NCBI GenBank assembly: GCA_963716255.1
Contig: OY970303.1
Location: 3,712,001-3,776,000, forward strand
Direction: 5' to 3'
Origin: an uncultured Gemmatimonadales bacterium
GTDB lineage: Bacteria > Gemmatimonadota > Gemmatimonadetes > Longimicrobiales > Longimicrobiaceae
Length of the DNA stretch: 64,000 bases
Under the pieces are notes generated by a model. It was not told the origin of the DNA and did not search any database. It saw only the letters and a list, made by a program, of their open reading frames with translations. Shown in pieces: positions 18,643-31,414 of this stretch. How positions within the stretch are numbered: position 1 is the first letter of the stretch; every line of letters starts with the position of its first letter. Made by a program: the position numbers and the translations under genes.

Positions 18643-19256
18643 CGTCCGATCGCCTCGCGCAGAAGCCTCCGGGCCCGGTGGAGCTGCGCCTTGGTGGTGC
18701 CCACCGCGGTCCCGGTCATCCGCGCGATCTCCTCGTGCTTGTATCCTTCCACGTCGTGCAGGACGAACACCGCCCTGGCCCCGTCCGGGAGCGCCGCGAT
18801 GGCCCGCTCCAGCGCGATCCGCGTTTCCGGGCTCGCCGGCCGCCCCGCCCTTTCCAGCGTCTCCGGCGCCTCCACGCACTCCACCCGCGCCCGGCGCCGC
18901 CGGTCCGAGCGGATGGCGTTCAGGACCAGGTTCACGGCCATCTTCCGCAGCCACCCCGCCACCTCGCCGTCGCCGCGGAAGGAGCCCAGCTTCTTCCAGG
19001 CGCGCACGAACACGTCCTGCGTCAGCTCTCCGGCGCGCGACGCGTCGCCGGTCATGCGCAGGCACAGGGCGTAGACCCGGCCGGAGTTGTCCCGGTAGAT
19101 CCGCTCGAACGCCTGCGGATCCGGGCTCTCGGGGACGATGCGGAGGCCGGGGCTCACTCTCTCGGACGGCGGTGCCGGAGGGGCGGCGGTGTCTATGGTC
19201 GCGTGCGGGTGGGGGATCGGCGCTGCTCCCGGCTTCCAGGACACCGGGTGAGTCAA
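18639..19256 (-). CDS. ECF RNA polymerase sigma factor (start uncertain)
   Basis: ELTQDVFVRAW, WLRKMAVN, VFVLHDVEGYKHEEIA, GTTKAQLHRAR. Confidence 0.9.
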   Translation of the reverse strand: MTHPVSWKPGAAPIPHPHATIDTAAPPAPPSERVSPGLRIVPESPDPQAFERIYRDNSGRVYALCLRMTGDASRAGELTQDVFVRAWKKLGSFRGDGEVAGWLRKMAVNLVLNAIRSDRRRRARVECVEAPETLERAGRPASPETRIALERAIAALPDGARAVFVLHDVEGYKHEEIARMTGTAVGTTKAQLHRARRLLREAIGR

Positions 19257-19335
19257 TATGGTTTGAACGGATTTTGTCGGGGAGAGTTTCGTGGGGCTTC
19301 GTGTGGTGCTTCGTCAGGTGCGGCGGGCCGCTCCG

Positions 19336-19447
19336 GAGCCGGGCGGTACTGCTGCCCGTCTCCTGCGCGGGCTCCGGGAGCCACCGGAAACTGCCCCCGG
19401 TGTCTCCCTCCGCCGGGGTGAGCCTCGCCAAACCGCCGGCGAGTCTC
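19336..19447 (+). repeat. Three tandem hairpin units (42-nt period) matching hairpin 3 of the dispersed element
   Basis: GAGC-CGGGCG-GTACTGC-TGCCCG-TCTC (19336), GAGC-CACCGG-AAACTGCCC-CCGGTG-TCTC (19378), GAGC-CTCGCC-AAACCGCC-GGCGAG-TCTC (19420). Confidence 0.8.
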
Positions 19448-19525
19448 CCCCCGAACCGATTCATGTGGATACCGCGGAACGGCAACGGCACCCGCCGTCC
19501 ACGCACCGCCGATGCAGGCTGTTCC

Positions 19526-21118
19526 CTATTCCCTGTTCCCTCCCGTCCTCCACCTCCCCGTCCGCGGCGGCTGCACCGGCTGGGGGAGGGACCGCAGGTA
19601 CGCAACCAGAGCGTCCAGGTCCACCACGCCCACGCGCGTCATGCGGGCCTGCTTCAGCACCACGTAGCCGTCGCCGCCGGTGGCCACGAACTCCGACGTG
19701 CCGATGGTCACCGTGTCCGCGTCGCGCACCGGCCGTCCGTCCGCCAGGCGGATCTCGCGGACGCGGGAGCCGAGCGGGGCGGAGGGGGCGTAGGTCACCG
19801 TCATCCCGGAGACGTGCGCGTCCGGGGCGGCGTCGCGCGCCAGCGCGTTCTCCAGGGCCGCGCGGAGCTGCGCCCCGGTCGCGGCCACCGTCACCAGCTC
19901 GTTCTGGAAGGGCTGCAGCTCGTACAGCGTGCCGTAGGTGATGGGCCCCGCGGGCATGGCGCGCCGGACCGAGCCGGTATTCACCAGGGCCACGCGCGCG
20001 CCGGTCCGGGCCCGGACGGCGTCGGCGACCAGGTTGCCCAGCGGGTACTCGGACCCCTCGCGCTCCATGGGCGCGGCGAAGCTCACCAGCACCCGCTCGC
20101 TCACCGGGCGCACCCGCGCCTCCCATTCCTCCACCACCCGGGCCACCGCCGTGTCCTGTGTCACCTCGTCGGCCCAGGCGGTGCGCACCTCCCGGCGCGT
20201 GGCGGCCGTCCGGCCGCCGCGGCGCTCCAGGTCGGTGACGCTGTACGCCACGCTGTACGACGCGGCCTCCGCCACCGCGATCCCGTTCGCTGTGGTCAGC
20301 ACCCGGTTGTGCGTGTGCCCGCCCACCAGCAGGTCCACCGGCTCGGTGATCTGCGCCGCCGCCTCCAGCAGCTCCCCCTCGCACCCCGTGGACTCCTGCT
20401 CCGGGGGCGCCCCCGGTCCGGGGGCCTCGCACGCAGCGCCCACGTGCAGCGTCACCACCACGAAGTCGGCGCCGGCCGCGCGTGCCTCCCGCGCGCTCCG
20501 GTCCACCGCCGGCCCGACCGCCCCGAAGTCCAGCCCCGCCACCCGGCCCGCCATCACCATCTGCGGCGTGTTCGGGAGCGCGGCTCCCACCACCGCCAGC
20601 CGCACGCCGCCGCGCTCCAGCATCGTCCAGGGGCGCAGCCACTCCGGCTGCCGCTGCGTTCCCGCCGCGTACACGTTGGCCGCGACCCAGGGGAAGCGGC
20701 TTTCCGCAATGCGCGCCCGGAGCGTGTCCTGCCCCCAGTCGAACTCGTGGTTCCCAGTGGCGGCGGCGTCGTAGCCGGCGGCGTTGTGCGCGGCGATCGT
20801 GGCGCGGCCCCAGCTCAGGTTGGAGATGGCCGTTCCCTGCATGTCGTCGCCGCCCGACAGGACGAAGGTGGGGCCGTCGAAGCGCGCCGCCGCGCTGTCG
20901 AAGTGCGCGGCGAGCACCGCCGATCCACCCACCGTCCGCCCGCCCGCCCACCCGGGGCGCTGCGGCGCGAGACGGCCGTGGAAGTCGTTGGTGTGCACGA
21001 TACGCACGCGCTTCACCGGCTCCGGCGCGGGAATGGCCGGCGGGGGCGGCGCGCACGCGGCGAGCACCAGGACGAGGGTGGCGGCGGGTCCGCCGGGGAA
21101 CGGTGTGCGCACGGTCAT
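19526..21118 (-). CDS. 5'-nucleotidase / bifunctional metallophosphatase, lipoprotein
   Basis: LAAC lipobox; HTNDFHG, GGDDMQG, GNHEFDWG, GGHTH, GNLVADA, GGDGY. Confidence 0.9.
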   Translation of the reverse strand: MTVRTPFPGGPAATLVLVLAACAPPPPAIPAPEPVKRVRIVHTNDFHGRLAPQRPGWAGGRTVGGSAVLAAHFDSAAARFDGPTFVLSGGDDMQGTAISNLSWGRATIAAHNAAGYDAAATGNHEFDWGQDTLRARIAESRFPWVAANVYAAGTQRQPEWLRPWTMLERGGVRLAVVGAALPNTPQMVMAGRVAGLDFGAVGPAVDRSAREARAAGADFVVVTLHVGAACEAPGPGAPPEQESTGCEGELLEAAAQITEPVDLLVGGHTHNRVLTTANGIAVAEAASYSVAYSVTDLERRGGRTAATRREVRTAWADEVTQDTAVARVVEEWEARVRPVSERVLVSFAAPMEREGSEYPLGNLVADAVRARTGARVALVNTGSVRRAMPAGPITYGTLYELQPFQNELVTVAATGAQLRAALENALARDAAPDAHVSGMTVTYAPSAPLGSRVREIRLADGRPVRDADTVTIGTSEFVATGGDGYVVLKQARMTRVGVVDLDALVAYLRSLPQPVQPPRTGRWRTGGNRE

Positions 21119-21296
21119 GTCTCTGCCGGGTTGAGGGTCATGGCGGCGTCCGCAGGTCCCGGGCCGCGCCGCCCGGCCGCGCACGGCACCCGCAATGAGA
21201 ACCGATCGCTTGCAATCCGTCCCCGCTTCATGCACATTGTTTGCAGGTGTACGCTCCATTCCCTCCTCTTTTTTCTTTTTTCCTCCCGGAGAACGC

Positions 21297-21662
21297 ATGA
21301 CGCCTCCCCCCAAGCACGAGACGGTGGAAAAGGACGGGTACGTGCTCACCTTCTACCCTGGTTTCCTGAGCAAGGCATCCGTGCTGGTGGACGGAAAGGA
21401 CGACGTGCTGTACACGCAGCCCAAGCCGCACTCGATCATCGACCAGCCGGACGAGCCGCTCCCCCGCTTCGAGCTGCGCCTGGAGGGCGGGCCCAACCAG
21501 CGCAACATCACCCTGCACGTGGACGACCCGGAGCACGCCATCGCCGAGATCACGGTGCGGATGTATCCCCGGGGCTACAAGGCCGAGCGCGGCACGGCCC
21601 CCCCGCCCAACGAAGTCTTCACCGCGGTCAACGACGCCATCCTCTGTCCCCCCATGTGCTGA
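21297..21662 (+). CDS. Hypothetical protein with C-terminal CPPMC
   Basis: GGAGA RBS then ATG 21297; GC3-rich codons; ends VNDAILCPPMC*. Confidence 0.75.
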   Translation: MTPPPKHETVEKDGYVLTFYPGFLSKASVLVDGKDDVLYTQPKPHSIIDQPDEPLPRFELRLEGGPNQRNITLHVDDPEHAIAEITVRMYPRGYKAERGTAPPPNEVFTAVNDAILCPPMC

Positions 21663-21707
21663 GCAATTCCCGGCATCCTCCGTCCGCGGGCCTCCCTCCC
21701 CGTCTCC

Positions 21708-22484
21708 ATGATCATCACCGCGCTCCTCCAGCTCCTCGTCCATGCGCTGATCCTCGCCTTTGGCGTCCTCGCCGTTGCGGTCGCGCGGGAAAAGGGCGGC
21801 ATGCCGCGCTTTCACCGCATGGCGTGGACGCTCGCCGCCGTGTTCTTTCTGTGGCGGGGGGTGCCGGGGGTGGCGCAGAGCCTCGCCGCGATCTGGGCGA
21901 TCGTCTCGGGGGAGGGGTCGCGGCCCTGGGCTCTGTTCCTGGAGTGGACCCCGGCCATGAACCACACCCGCACCCTGGTGTCGGTCGCCACCGGGTGGAC
22001 GCTGGCCGCGCTTCCCCTGCTGCGTGGGCAGCCCGTCCGCAGGCTGTGGATGTGGACGAGCCTCGCCTGCCTGGTGCTGGCCGGCACGGGGGCCTATACC
22101 GGCTGGCAGGAGGGGCCCACCAGTCCGCGCCACCTCGCCACCCTGACCGTGCTCGGCGCGGCAGAGATGGTAGGGATGCTGGCGGCGCTCACGGTGGGGC
22201 TCTTCGTGCGCACCCTGGACCGGTACCTGTGGCTGATCCTGTCCATCTACGCCGTGCACGTGGCCCTCAACATCATCTGGTACTCGGCGTCGGTGGGGTT
22301 CTTTTACCCGGGTTCCTTCTTTCCGCCGCTGCGGGTGCGTCACCTGTACTCGGCGGCCTCGTACCTGGGCGGGTGCGTGCTCGCCTGGCACCGGCTTTCG
22401 CTGGCGCGGCGGGGGGTGCGGGTGGGGGGGCTGCTGGAGCTGGTCGGGACGGGGGGGGTGCCGGCGTCGCGGTCGCGTGCCTGA
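21708..22484 (+). CDS. Polytopic (about 7 TM) membrane protein
   Basis: About seven hydrophobic segments in 258 aa; 45 nt downstream of the CPPMC gene. Confidence 0.7.
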   Translation: MIITALLQLLVHALILAFGVLAVAVAREKGGMPRFHRMAWTLAAVFFLWRGVPGVAQSLAAIWAIVSGEGSRPWALFLEWTPAMNHTRTLVSVATGWTLAALPLLRGQPVRRLWMWTSLACLVLAGTGAYTGWQEGPTSPRHLATLTVLGAAEMVGMLAALTVGLFVRTLDRYLWLILSIYAVHVALNIIWYSASVGFFYPGSFFPPLRVRHLYSAASYLGGCVLAWHRLSLARRGVRVGGLLELVGTGGVPASRSRA

Positions 22485-22506
22485 GCCTGGACTGAACGGA
22501 TTTTAA

Positions 22507-22560
22507 CTGCGGGGTTGGGCGTGACCCCGGCGCCAGCCGGGGGCACGCCTAACCCCGCAG
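22507..22560. repeat. Fold-back derivative of the element end (possible bidirectional terminator)
   Basis: CTGCGGGGTTGGGCGTG-A-CCCCGGC-GCCA-GCCGGGG-G-CACGCCTAACCCCGCAG between convergent genes. Confidence 0.8.
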
Positions 22561-22600
22561 TACCCGTAAGCCGTTCCGCCCGACCTCGAAACCATCTCCG

Positions 22601-24190
<1,590 letters not shown>

Positions 24191-24325
24191 CTCGCCTGCC
24201 TCCCTCGAAAGTCGAACGCCCCGACAGCAGGGGCCGCGGGGCGTCGGGTGCTGCCGACCAGCCGTGAAATATAACGGGATGCCGGGTCTGGCTCAATCCT
24301 GTAGAGGGATGTACCGGCCGGGGTT

Positions 24326-24453
24326 GGGCGTGCCCCCGGCTGCGCCGGGGTCGGGCTTCGGCTCCGTAAGCCCGCAAACAACGCGGGCCAACGGAGTCGA
24401 GCCCGCGCAAACAGCCGCGCGGTCTCGCCCCTTCGGGCCGAAATCCCTCACGC
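24326..24453 (+). repeat. Structured dispersed element, full copy
   Basis: Inner stem AGCCCGC/GCGGGCC, loop AAACAAC. Confidence 0.95.
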
Positions 24454-24484
24454 GGCTCCGCGCCGGCGAGTGTCGCCCGTCTCG

Positions 24485-26686
<2,202 letters not shown>

Positions 26687-26689
26687 CTT

Positions 26690-27880
26690 TCAGCGGAGCC
26701 GCTCCAGCAGTCGGGCGAGCGAGTCCGCCGGCAGCGGGGCGCTCCCGGTGACGACGATCGTGCCCACCTGGCGGACCATGCGGACGTGGGCGGTAGGCGC
26801 CTCGTCCCAGGCATCGGGGACAACCGCGCTGTCTCCGGATTCCCCCCTTTCCCTCGCCCGGTCGGGTACCTGCACCAGCGAGAGGAGGCCGCCCCCCTCG
26901 AGCCGCTGCCGCACCCGCACCGCCGCCCGCCCTTCCCATCTCCCCGCCTGCACCGAGATCAGCGGGAGGCCGCGGACCCGCAGCGGCTCCCGTCCCAGCA
27001 GGCGCCGCGCGACTTCCGGGCGGACGCTGAACCACCCGTCCGCGTCCGGCCCCACGGCCCCCGCGAGCACTTCCTCCAGGGTGGGCGTGCCGGTGACCAC
27101 CAGTCCCTCCAGGGCGAGCGTCCCACCGAAATTCGGCGCGGGCAGGTCCGCGGAGTCCGCCCCAGGGGCCGAGGGTACGCGGGCGGCGACCCGCTCCGCG
27201 CGCCGCCGGGAAGACGCGGCCTCGCCGCTGGCCGCCGGGGCGGCGGCGGGCGGAGCGGCCTGGGTCACGGCGATCGGGGGCGGAGCGGCGTCCGCGGCCG
27301 CCACGGGCGGGGGGGGCGGCGGGACGGGCATCGCCTCCAGCGCCGTGACGTCGGCGGCTACCGGCGCGGGAGCATCGGGGCGCGCCGCCACCTGCGGAAG
27401 GGCGCGCGGCCCCGCTTTGCGCGCGGGCGCGGCGTCCGCCAGGGGTGCGGGCACGACCCCCGTCGTGCCCGCGGGCGCTGTCGCCGCGGGGGGCATGGGG
27501 ACCGCGGGGGAAGGGGCGCGGCGCGGCGCGGCCGCCGTGCGCGCGGACGGCTCCCCCGGGTCCGGGGCGCCGCGCGCGAGCCATCCCGCCCCCAGCGCGA
27601 GCACCAGGCTCGCGGCCCAGGCCAGCATCCTCGTCCGGGACCGCCGCGCGGGGACGCGCCCGGCCAGCGACTCGAAGGGCGGGACCTCCACTCCCACGGG
27701 GCCGCCGCCCCGCAGGAGGGCGTCCGCGCGGTCGCGGAGCTCGCGCGCCTCCCCCAGCCGCGTCCGGCACTCTGCGCACCCGTCCAGGTGGCGGCGGACC
27801 TCCTCCGCGCGGGCGGGGCCGAGAGCGGCCCGCTCCCCGTCCAGCCAGGCGTGCAGGAGCCCCTCATCCACGTGCTGCAT
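26690..27880 (-). CDS. Anti-sigma factor (zf-HC2) with long Pro/Ala linker
   Basis: HAWLDGE...HLDGCAEC, LAWAASLVLALGAGW TM segment. Confidence 0.8.
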   Translation of the reverse strand: MQHVDEGLLHAWLDGERAALGPARAEEVRRHLDGCAECRTRLGEARELRDRADALLRGGGPVGVEVPPFESLAGRVPARRSRTRMLAWAASLVLALGAGWLARGAPDPGEPSARTAAAPRRAPSPAVPMPPAATAPAGTTGVVPAPLADAAPARKAGPRALPQVAARPDAPAPVAADVTALEAMPVPPPPPPVAAADAAPPPIAVTQAAPPAAAPAASGEAASSRRRAERVAARVPSAPGADSADLPAPNFGGTLALEGLVVTGTPTLEEVLAGAVGPDADGWFSVRPEVARRLLGREPLRVRGLPLISVQAGRWEGRAAVRVRQRLEGGGLLSLVQVPDRARERGESGDSAVVPDAWDEAPTAHVRMVRQVGTIVVTGSAPLPADSLARLLERLR

Positions 27881-28373
27881 GCTTCTCCTCCAGGGCGAGG
27901 TGTGCCTCCACCAGCCTTCTGCGCGCGCGGGCGAGGGTAGTGCCGACCGCTCCCGCCGAGAGCCCGGTCTCCAGGGCGATCTCGGGATAGCTCATCCCGG
28001 CGTCCCACAGCAGCAGGACCTCCCGGTCGCGCCCGCTCAGCCGCTCCAGCGCCAGCCGCAGCCGCTCGGACTGCTCCCGCGCCTCCATCTCCGCAGAGGC
28101 GGTGGGCGCGTCGGCCTCGGCCTGCTCGGCCTCGGTGCGCAGGAGGGTGAGGTGGCGCTTGCGGCGCACCACCAGCCGCGCCTCGTCGTGGGCCAGGTTG
28201 GAGGCCACCCGGAAGAGCCATGCGCGCGGGTTGTCGGGCTCCTGGCTGAGGGCGCGCGCGAAGGTCTCCTGCGCCAGGTCGCGCGCGCGCTCCTCGTCCC
28301 ACACCTTGCGGTGGAGGAAGCGGACCAGCTCCAGGAACGTCGCCCGGTACACGTCCGCCCAGTCGACGCTCAT
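27864..28373 (-). CDS. ECF RNA polymerase sigma factor
   Basis: DLAQETFARAL, AWLFRVASNLA, GMSYPEIA, VGTTLARAR. Confidence 0.9.
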   Translation of the reverse strand: MSVDWADVYRATFLELVRFLHRKVWDEERARDLAQETFARALSQEPDNPRAWLFRVASNLAHDEARLVVRRKRHLTLLRTEAEQAEADAPTASAEMEAREQSERLRLALERLSGRDREVLLLWDAGMSYPEIALETGLSAGAVGTTLARARRRLVEAHLALEEKHAARG

Positions 28374-28608
28374 CCCGCCGCCTCCGGCCTCGCCGCGGCC
28401 TGCCTCATCTCTCCCCCCGGGTCCGGACCCGCGCCGCCCCGCCGCCCGGCGCGGGCGGGCTCGCGGCGCCTCTGTTCCTTGTGACGAGCGAGCGCGCCCC
28501 GCTTGCACACCGGCCCCGCCGCGGGGGGAGGTGTGCAGGATCCCGCCGCCGGTTCGTCATCCTGTACGAGCGGGACATCGACGGACCTTTCGGACAGGGG
28601 GAGGACGC

Positions 28609-30555
28609 ATGCGAAAGACATCGTGGGGATGGAGCATCGCGCTGGTGCTGGGCACGGCGGCCACGCTGGCCGCCGCCCCCGCGCTGGGGACGGGACCCCG
28701 TCCGGCCGGGGTGGTGGTCACGGGGCGGGTGCTGGACGCGGCGAGCGCAGGGCCGCTCCAGGGGGCGATGGTGCAGGTGGCGGGGACGAGCCACCGCACG
28801 GTGAGCGGCGCCGACGGCGGCTACCGCCTGGTGGTCGCCCAGGACGTGCCGCGGGGCGGCAGGCTCACCCTGGAGGCGACGCTGATCGGCTACGAGACGC
28901 TCCGGGAGGAAGTGCGGGTCACCGGCGCGGAGGTGCGGCGCGACCTGCACCTGCGCTCGGCCACGCTGGCGCTGGGGGAACTGGTGGTCACCGGCGCGGA
29001 CGCGAGCCGGGCGCCGCGCCGCGAGCGGACGGCGAACGTGGGCTCGCCCCCCCCGTCCATGGCGCCCCCTCCGCCGCCTGCGCCCGCGACCGCCGGGACG
29101 GGAGCCCGCCCCGACTGGAACACGGAAGCGTACGGCCTCATCGAGGAGAACGCCTTCCTGGCGGCCGACCGCAACCCGCTCTCCACCTTCTCCATCGACG
29201 TGGACCGCGCCTCGTACAGCAACGTCCGCCGCTTCCTCCTGGATGGCCAGCTCCCCCCGAAGGACGCGGTGCGCATCGAGGAGATGGTCAACTACTTCTC
29301 CTACGACCACCCGGAGCCCCGCGGCGAGCACCCCTTCTCGGTGGTGACGGAGGTGGCCGCAGCCCCCTGGGCCCCCGAGCACCGGCTGCTGCGCATCGGG
29401 GTGCACAGCCCGCGGGTGGAGATGGACCGGCTCCCCCCCAGCAACCTGGTGTTCCTGCTCGACGTTTCCGGCTCCATGGACAGCCCCGACAAGCTCCCGC
29501 TGGTGAAGCAGTCGCTGCGCATGCTGGTGGACCAGCTCCGCCCGCAGGACCGGGTGGCCCTGGTGGTGTACGCCGGCGCGGCGGGGCTGGTGCTTCCCTC
29601 CACCCCCGGCAGCGAGCGGGGGCGCATCCTCGACGCCCTGGAGCGCCTGGAGGCGGGGGGCTCCACCGCGGGGGGCGCGGGGCTCCGGCTGGCTTACGAG
29701 GTGGCCCGGGAGAACCACCTCCCCGGCGGGAACAACCGGGTGATCCTCGCCACCGACGGCGACTTCAACGTGGGGGTCTCGAGCGACGCGGAGATGATCC
29801 GCCTGGTGGAGGACAGGCGCGGGCAGGGGACGTTCCTGACCGTGCTCGGCTTCGGGACGGGGAACCTGAAGGATTCCAAGATGGAGCAGATGGCCGACCA
29901 CGGCAACGGCAACTACGCCTACATCGACAACCTGCTGGAGGCCCGCAAGGTCCTGGTGAGCGAGATGGGCGGGACGCTCCTCACCGTCGCAAAGGACGTC
30001 AAGCTGCAGGTGGAGTTCAACCCGGCTCGGGTGCGGGCGTACCGCCTGATCGGCTACGAGAACCGGCTGCTGGCCGCCGAGGACTTCAACGACGACCGCA
30101 AGGACGCCGGGGAGCTGGGCGCCGGGCACTCGGTGGTGGCGCTCTACGAGGTGGTCCCCGTGGGGGCGCCCGGGAGCGCCGCGCGCGGGGTGGACTCGCT
30201 CCGCTACCAGACGCCCGCCCGCCGCTCCGCGGGCTCCGGCGGCGGGGAGCTGGCCTTCGTCAAGGTGCGCTACAAGCGCCCGGCCGAGGAGACCAGCCGG
30301 CTCATGCAGCACGCGGTGGCGGAGGTTTCCGGCCCTCCCTCGCGGAACCTTTCCTTCGCCGCGGCGGTGGCCGGCTTCGGGATGCTCCTGCGCGATTCGG
30401 AGCACGCCGGGCGCCTGACTCCGCAGCAGGTCCTGGCCCTCGCGCGGGACGCGCGCGGCGAGGACCGGGAGGGGTACCGCGCGGAGTTCATCCGCCTGGT
30501 GGAGCTCTTCCGCGGCCTCAAGGAGGCCCGCGGGGCGGGGGACGCCGGGCGCTGA
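28609..30555 (+). CDS. VWA domain protein (YfbK-like) with N-terminal carboxypeptidase-regulatory-like domain
   Basis: PLSTFSIDVDRASY, FLLDVSGSM MIDAS, ILATDGDFNVG, YRLIGYENR; GGAGG RBS. Confidence 0.9.
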   Translation: MRKTSWGWSIALVLGTAATLAAAPALGTGPRPAGVVVTGRVLDAASAGPLQGAMVQVAGTSHRTVSGADGGYRLVVAQDVPRGGRLTLEATLIGYETLREEVRVTGAEVRRDLHLRSATLALGELVVTGADASRAPRRERTANVGSPPPSMAPPPPPAPATAGTGARPDWNTEAYGLIEENAFLAADRNPLSTFSIDVDRASYSNVRRFLLDGQLPPKDAVRIEEMVNYFSYDHPEPRGEHPFSVVTEVAAAPWAPEHRLLRIGVHSPRVEMDRLPPSNLVFLLDVSGSMDSPDKLPLVKQSLRMLVDQLRPQDRVALVVYAGAAGLVLPSTPGSERGRILDALERLEAGGSTAGGAGLRLAYEVARENHLPGGNNRVILATDGDFNVGVSSDAEMIRLVEDRRGQGTFLTVLGFGTGNLKDSKMEQMADHGNGNYAYIDNLLEARKVLVSEMGGTLLTVAKDVKLQVEFNPARVRAYRLIGYENRLLAAEDFNDDRKDAGELGAGHSVVALYEVVPVGAPGSAARGVDSLRYQTPARRSAGSGGGELAFVKVRYKRPAEETSRLMQHAVAEVSGPPSRNLSFAAAVAGFGMLLRDSEHAGRLTPQQVLALARDARGEDREGYRAEFIRLVELFRGLKEARGAGDAGR

Positions 30556-30600
30556 GGCGCGGGCCGGGCTTCAGGACCGGCTGCGCAGGTACGTGACGAC

Positions 30601-30632
30601 GGGAGCCCCCCGCCTCCGGGCGGGGGGCTCCC
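30601..30632. terminator. Hairpin between convergent genes
   Basis: GGGAGCCCCCCGCC-TCCG-GGCGGGGGGCTCCC. Confidence 0.55.
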
Positions 30633-30724
30633 TATCGAGGTGCGGTCCGTCGGATCCGGCGGGCGCCGCGCCGCGAGCAGCCCGACCTCGGTCATGCGTC
30701 CACCGGCAGGCCGACCTCCCTGCG

Positions 30725-30955
30725 TCAGGCGGCGTCCATCGCCCGGACGTGCAGGATCTCGCCCTTCACCATCGGGCGGACCTCATCCCCGCGAAGCGTG
30801 AGGATCGCGACGGTGCTGCCCTCCGCCGTCGCGAACTCCACCTCGTAGGCTGCCCCATCCGCATAACGGTGGACGACGGCTCCCACATCGCCCTCCCTGA
30901 GTTCGTGCTCCGGAACATCCCGAGTGAGCACGACCGGATCCAGCTCACGAATCAT
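30725..30955 (-). CDS. DUF4926 domain protein
   Basis: ELDPVVLTRDVPEHELREGDVGAVV...AYEVEF signature. Confidence 0.85.
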   Translation of the reverse strand: MIRELDPVVLTRDVPEHELREGDVGAVVHRYADGAAYEVEFATAEGSTVAILTLRGDEVRPMVKGEILHVRAMDAA

Positions 30956-31308
30956 GATTCCTCGCTTTCGTTTCGGAACGGGTAGGCAGTCACGAACCTG
31001 GGATGGTCCTCTCCCGGCTCCACGATCCAGACGGTGCGCACCTGTACACGAGTCCCACCTGGAGCGTCCAGGCTCCCATCCACAATGTACTTCGTTCCGT
31101 GCACGGACGTGACGGACTCCGACACCGGTTGCGACGTGGCGATCGCGACCAGGCCACGCTCGAGCTCCAGCGCGGTAGACTCATCGAAACCGAGGCGCCG
31201 GAAGAATTTCGCTTTCGCTCCACCTACCGGATGCGAGAGCGAGAGGAGGTAGTTCGTCAGCTTGGAGAGCGGTACTCGGGCGTCCGCTGCGTTCGGGAGC
31301 TTCGTCAT
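30952..31308 (-). CDS. DUF6883 domain protein
   Basis: KLTNYLLSLSHPVGGAKAKFFRRLGF...TVWI...PRFVTAYP; ATGA overlap with DUF4926. Confidence 0.8.
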   Translation of the reverse strand: MTKLPNAADARVPLSKLTNYLLSLSHPVGGAKAKFFRRLGFDESTALELERGLVAIATSQPVSESVTSVHGTKYIVDGSLDAPGGTRVQVRTVWIVEPGEDHPRFVTAYPFRNESEES

Positions 31309-31414
31309 CCCGTTTCCTCGGTAAATCGCGAGCACGATCTACGGTTGAAGCTGGACCGGACCGGTTTCCGATGCAAGCGGTCAGGAGGCAATTGCGGTGT
31401 CGACGGCCGCAACC

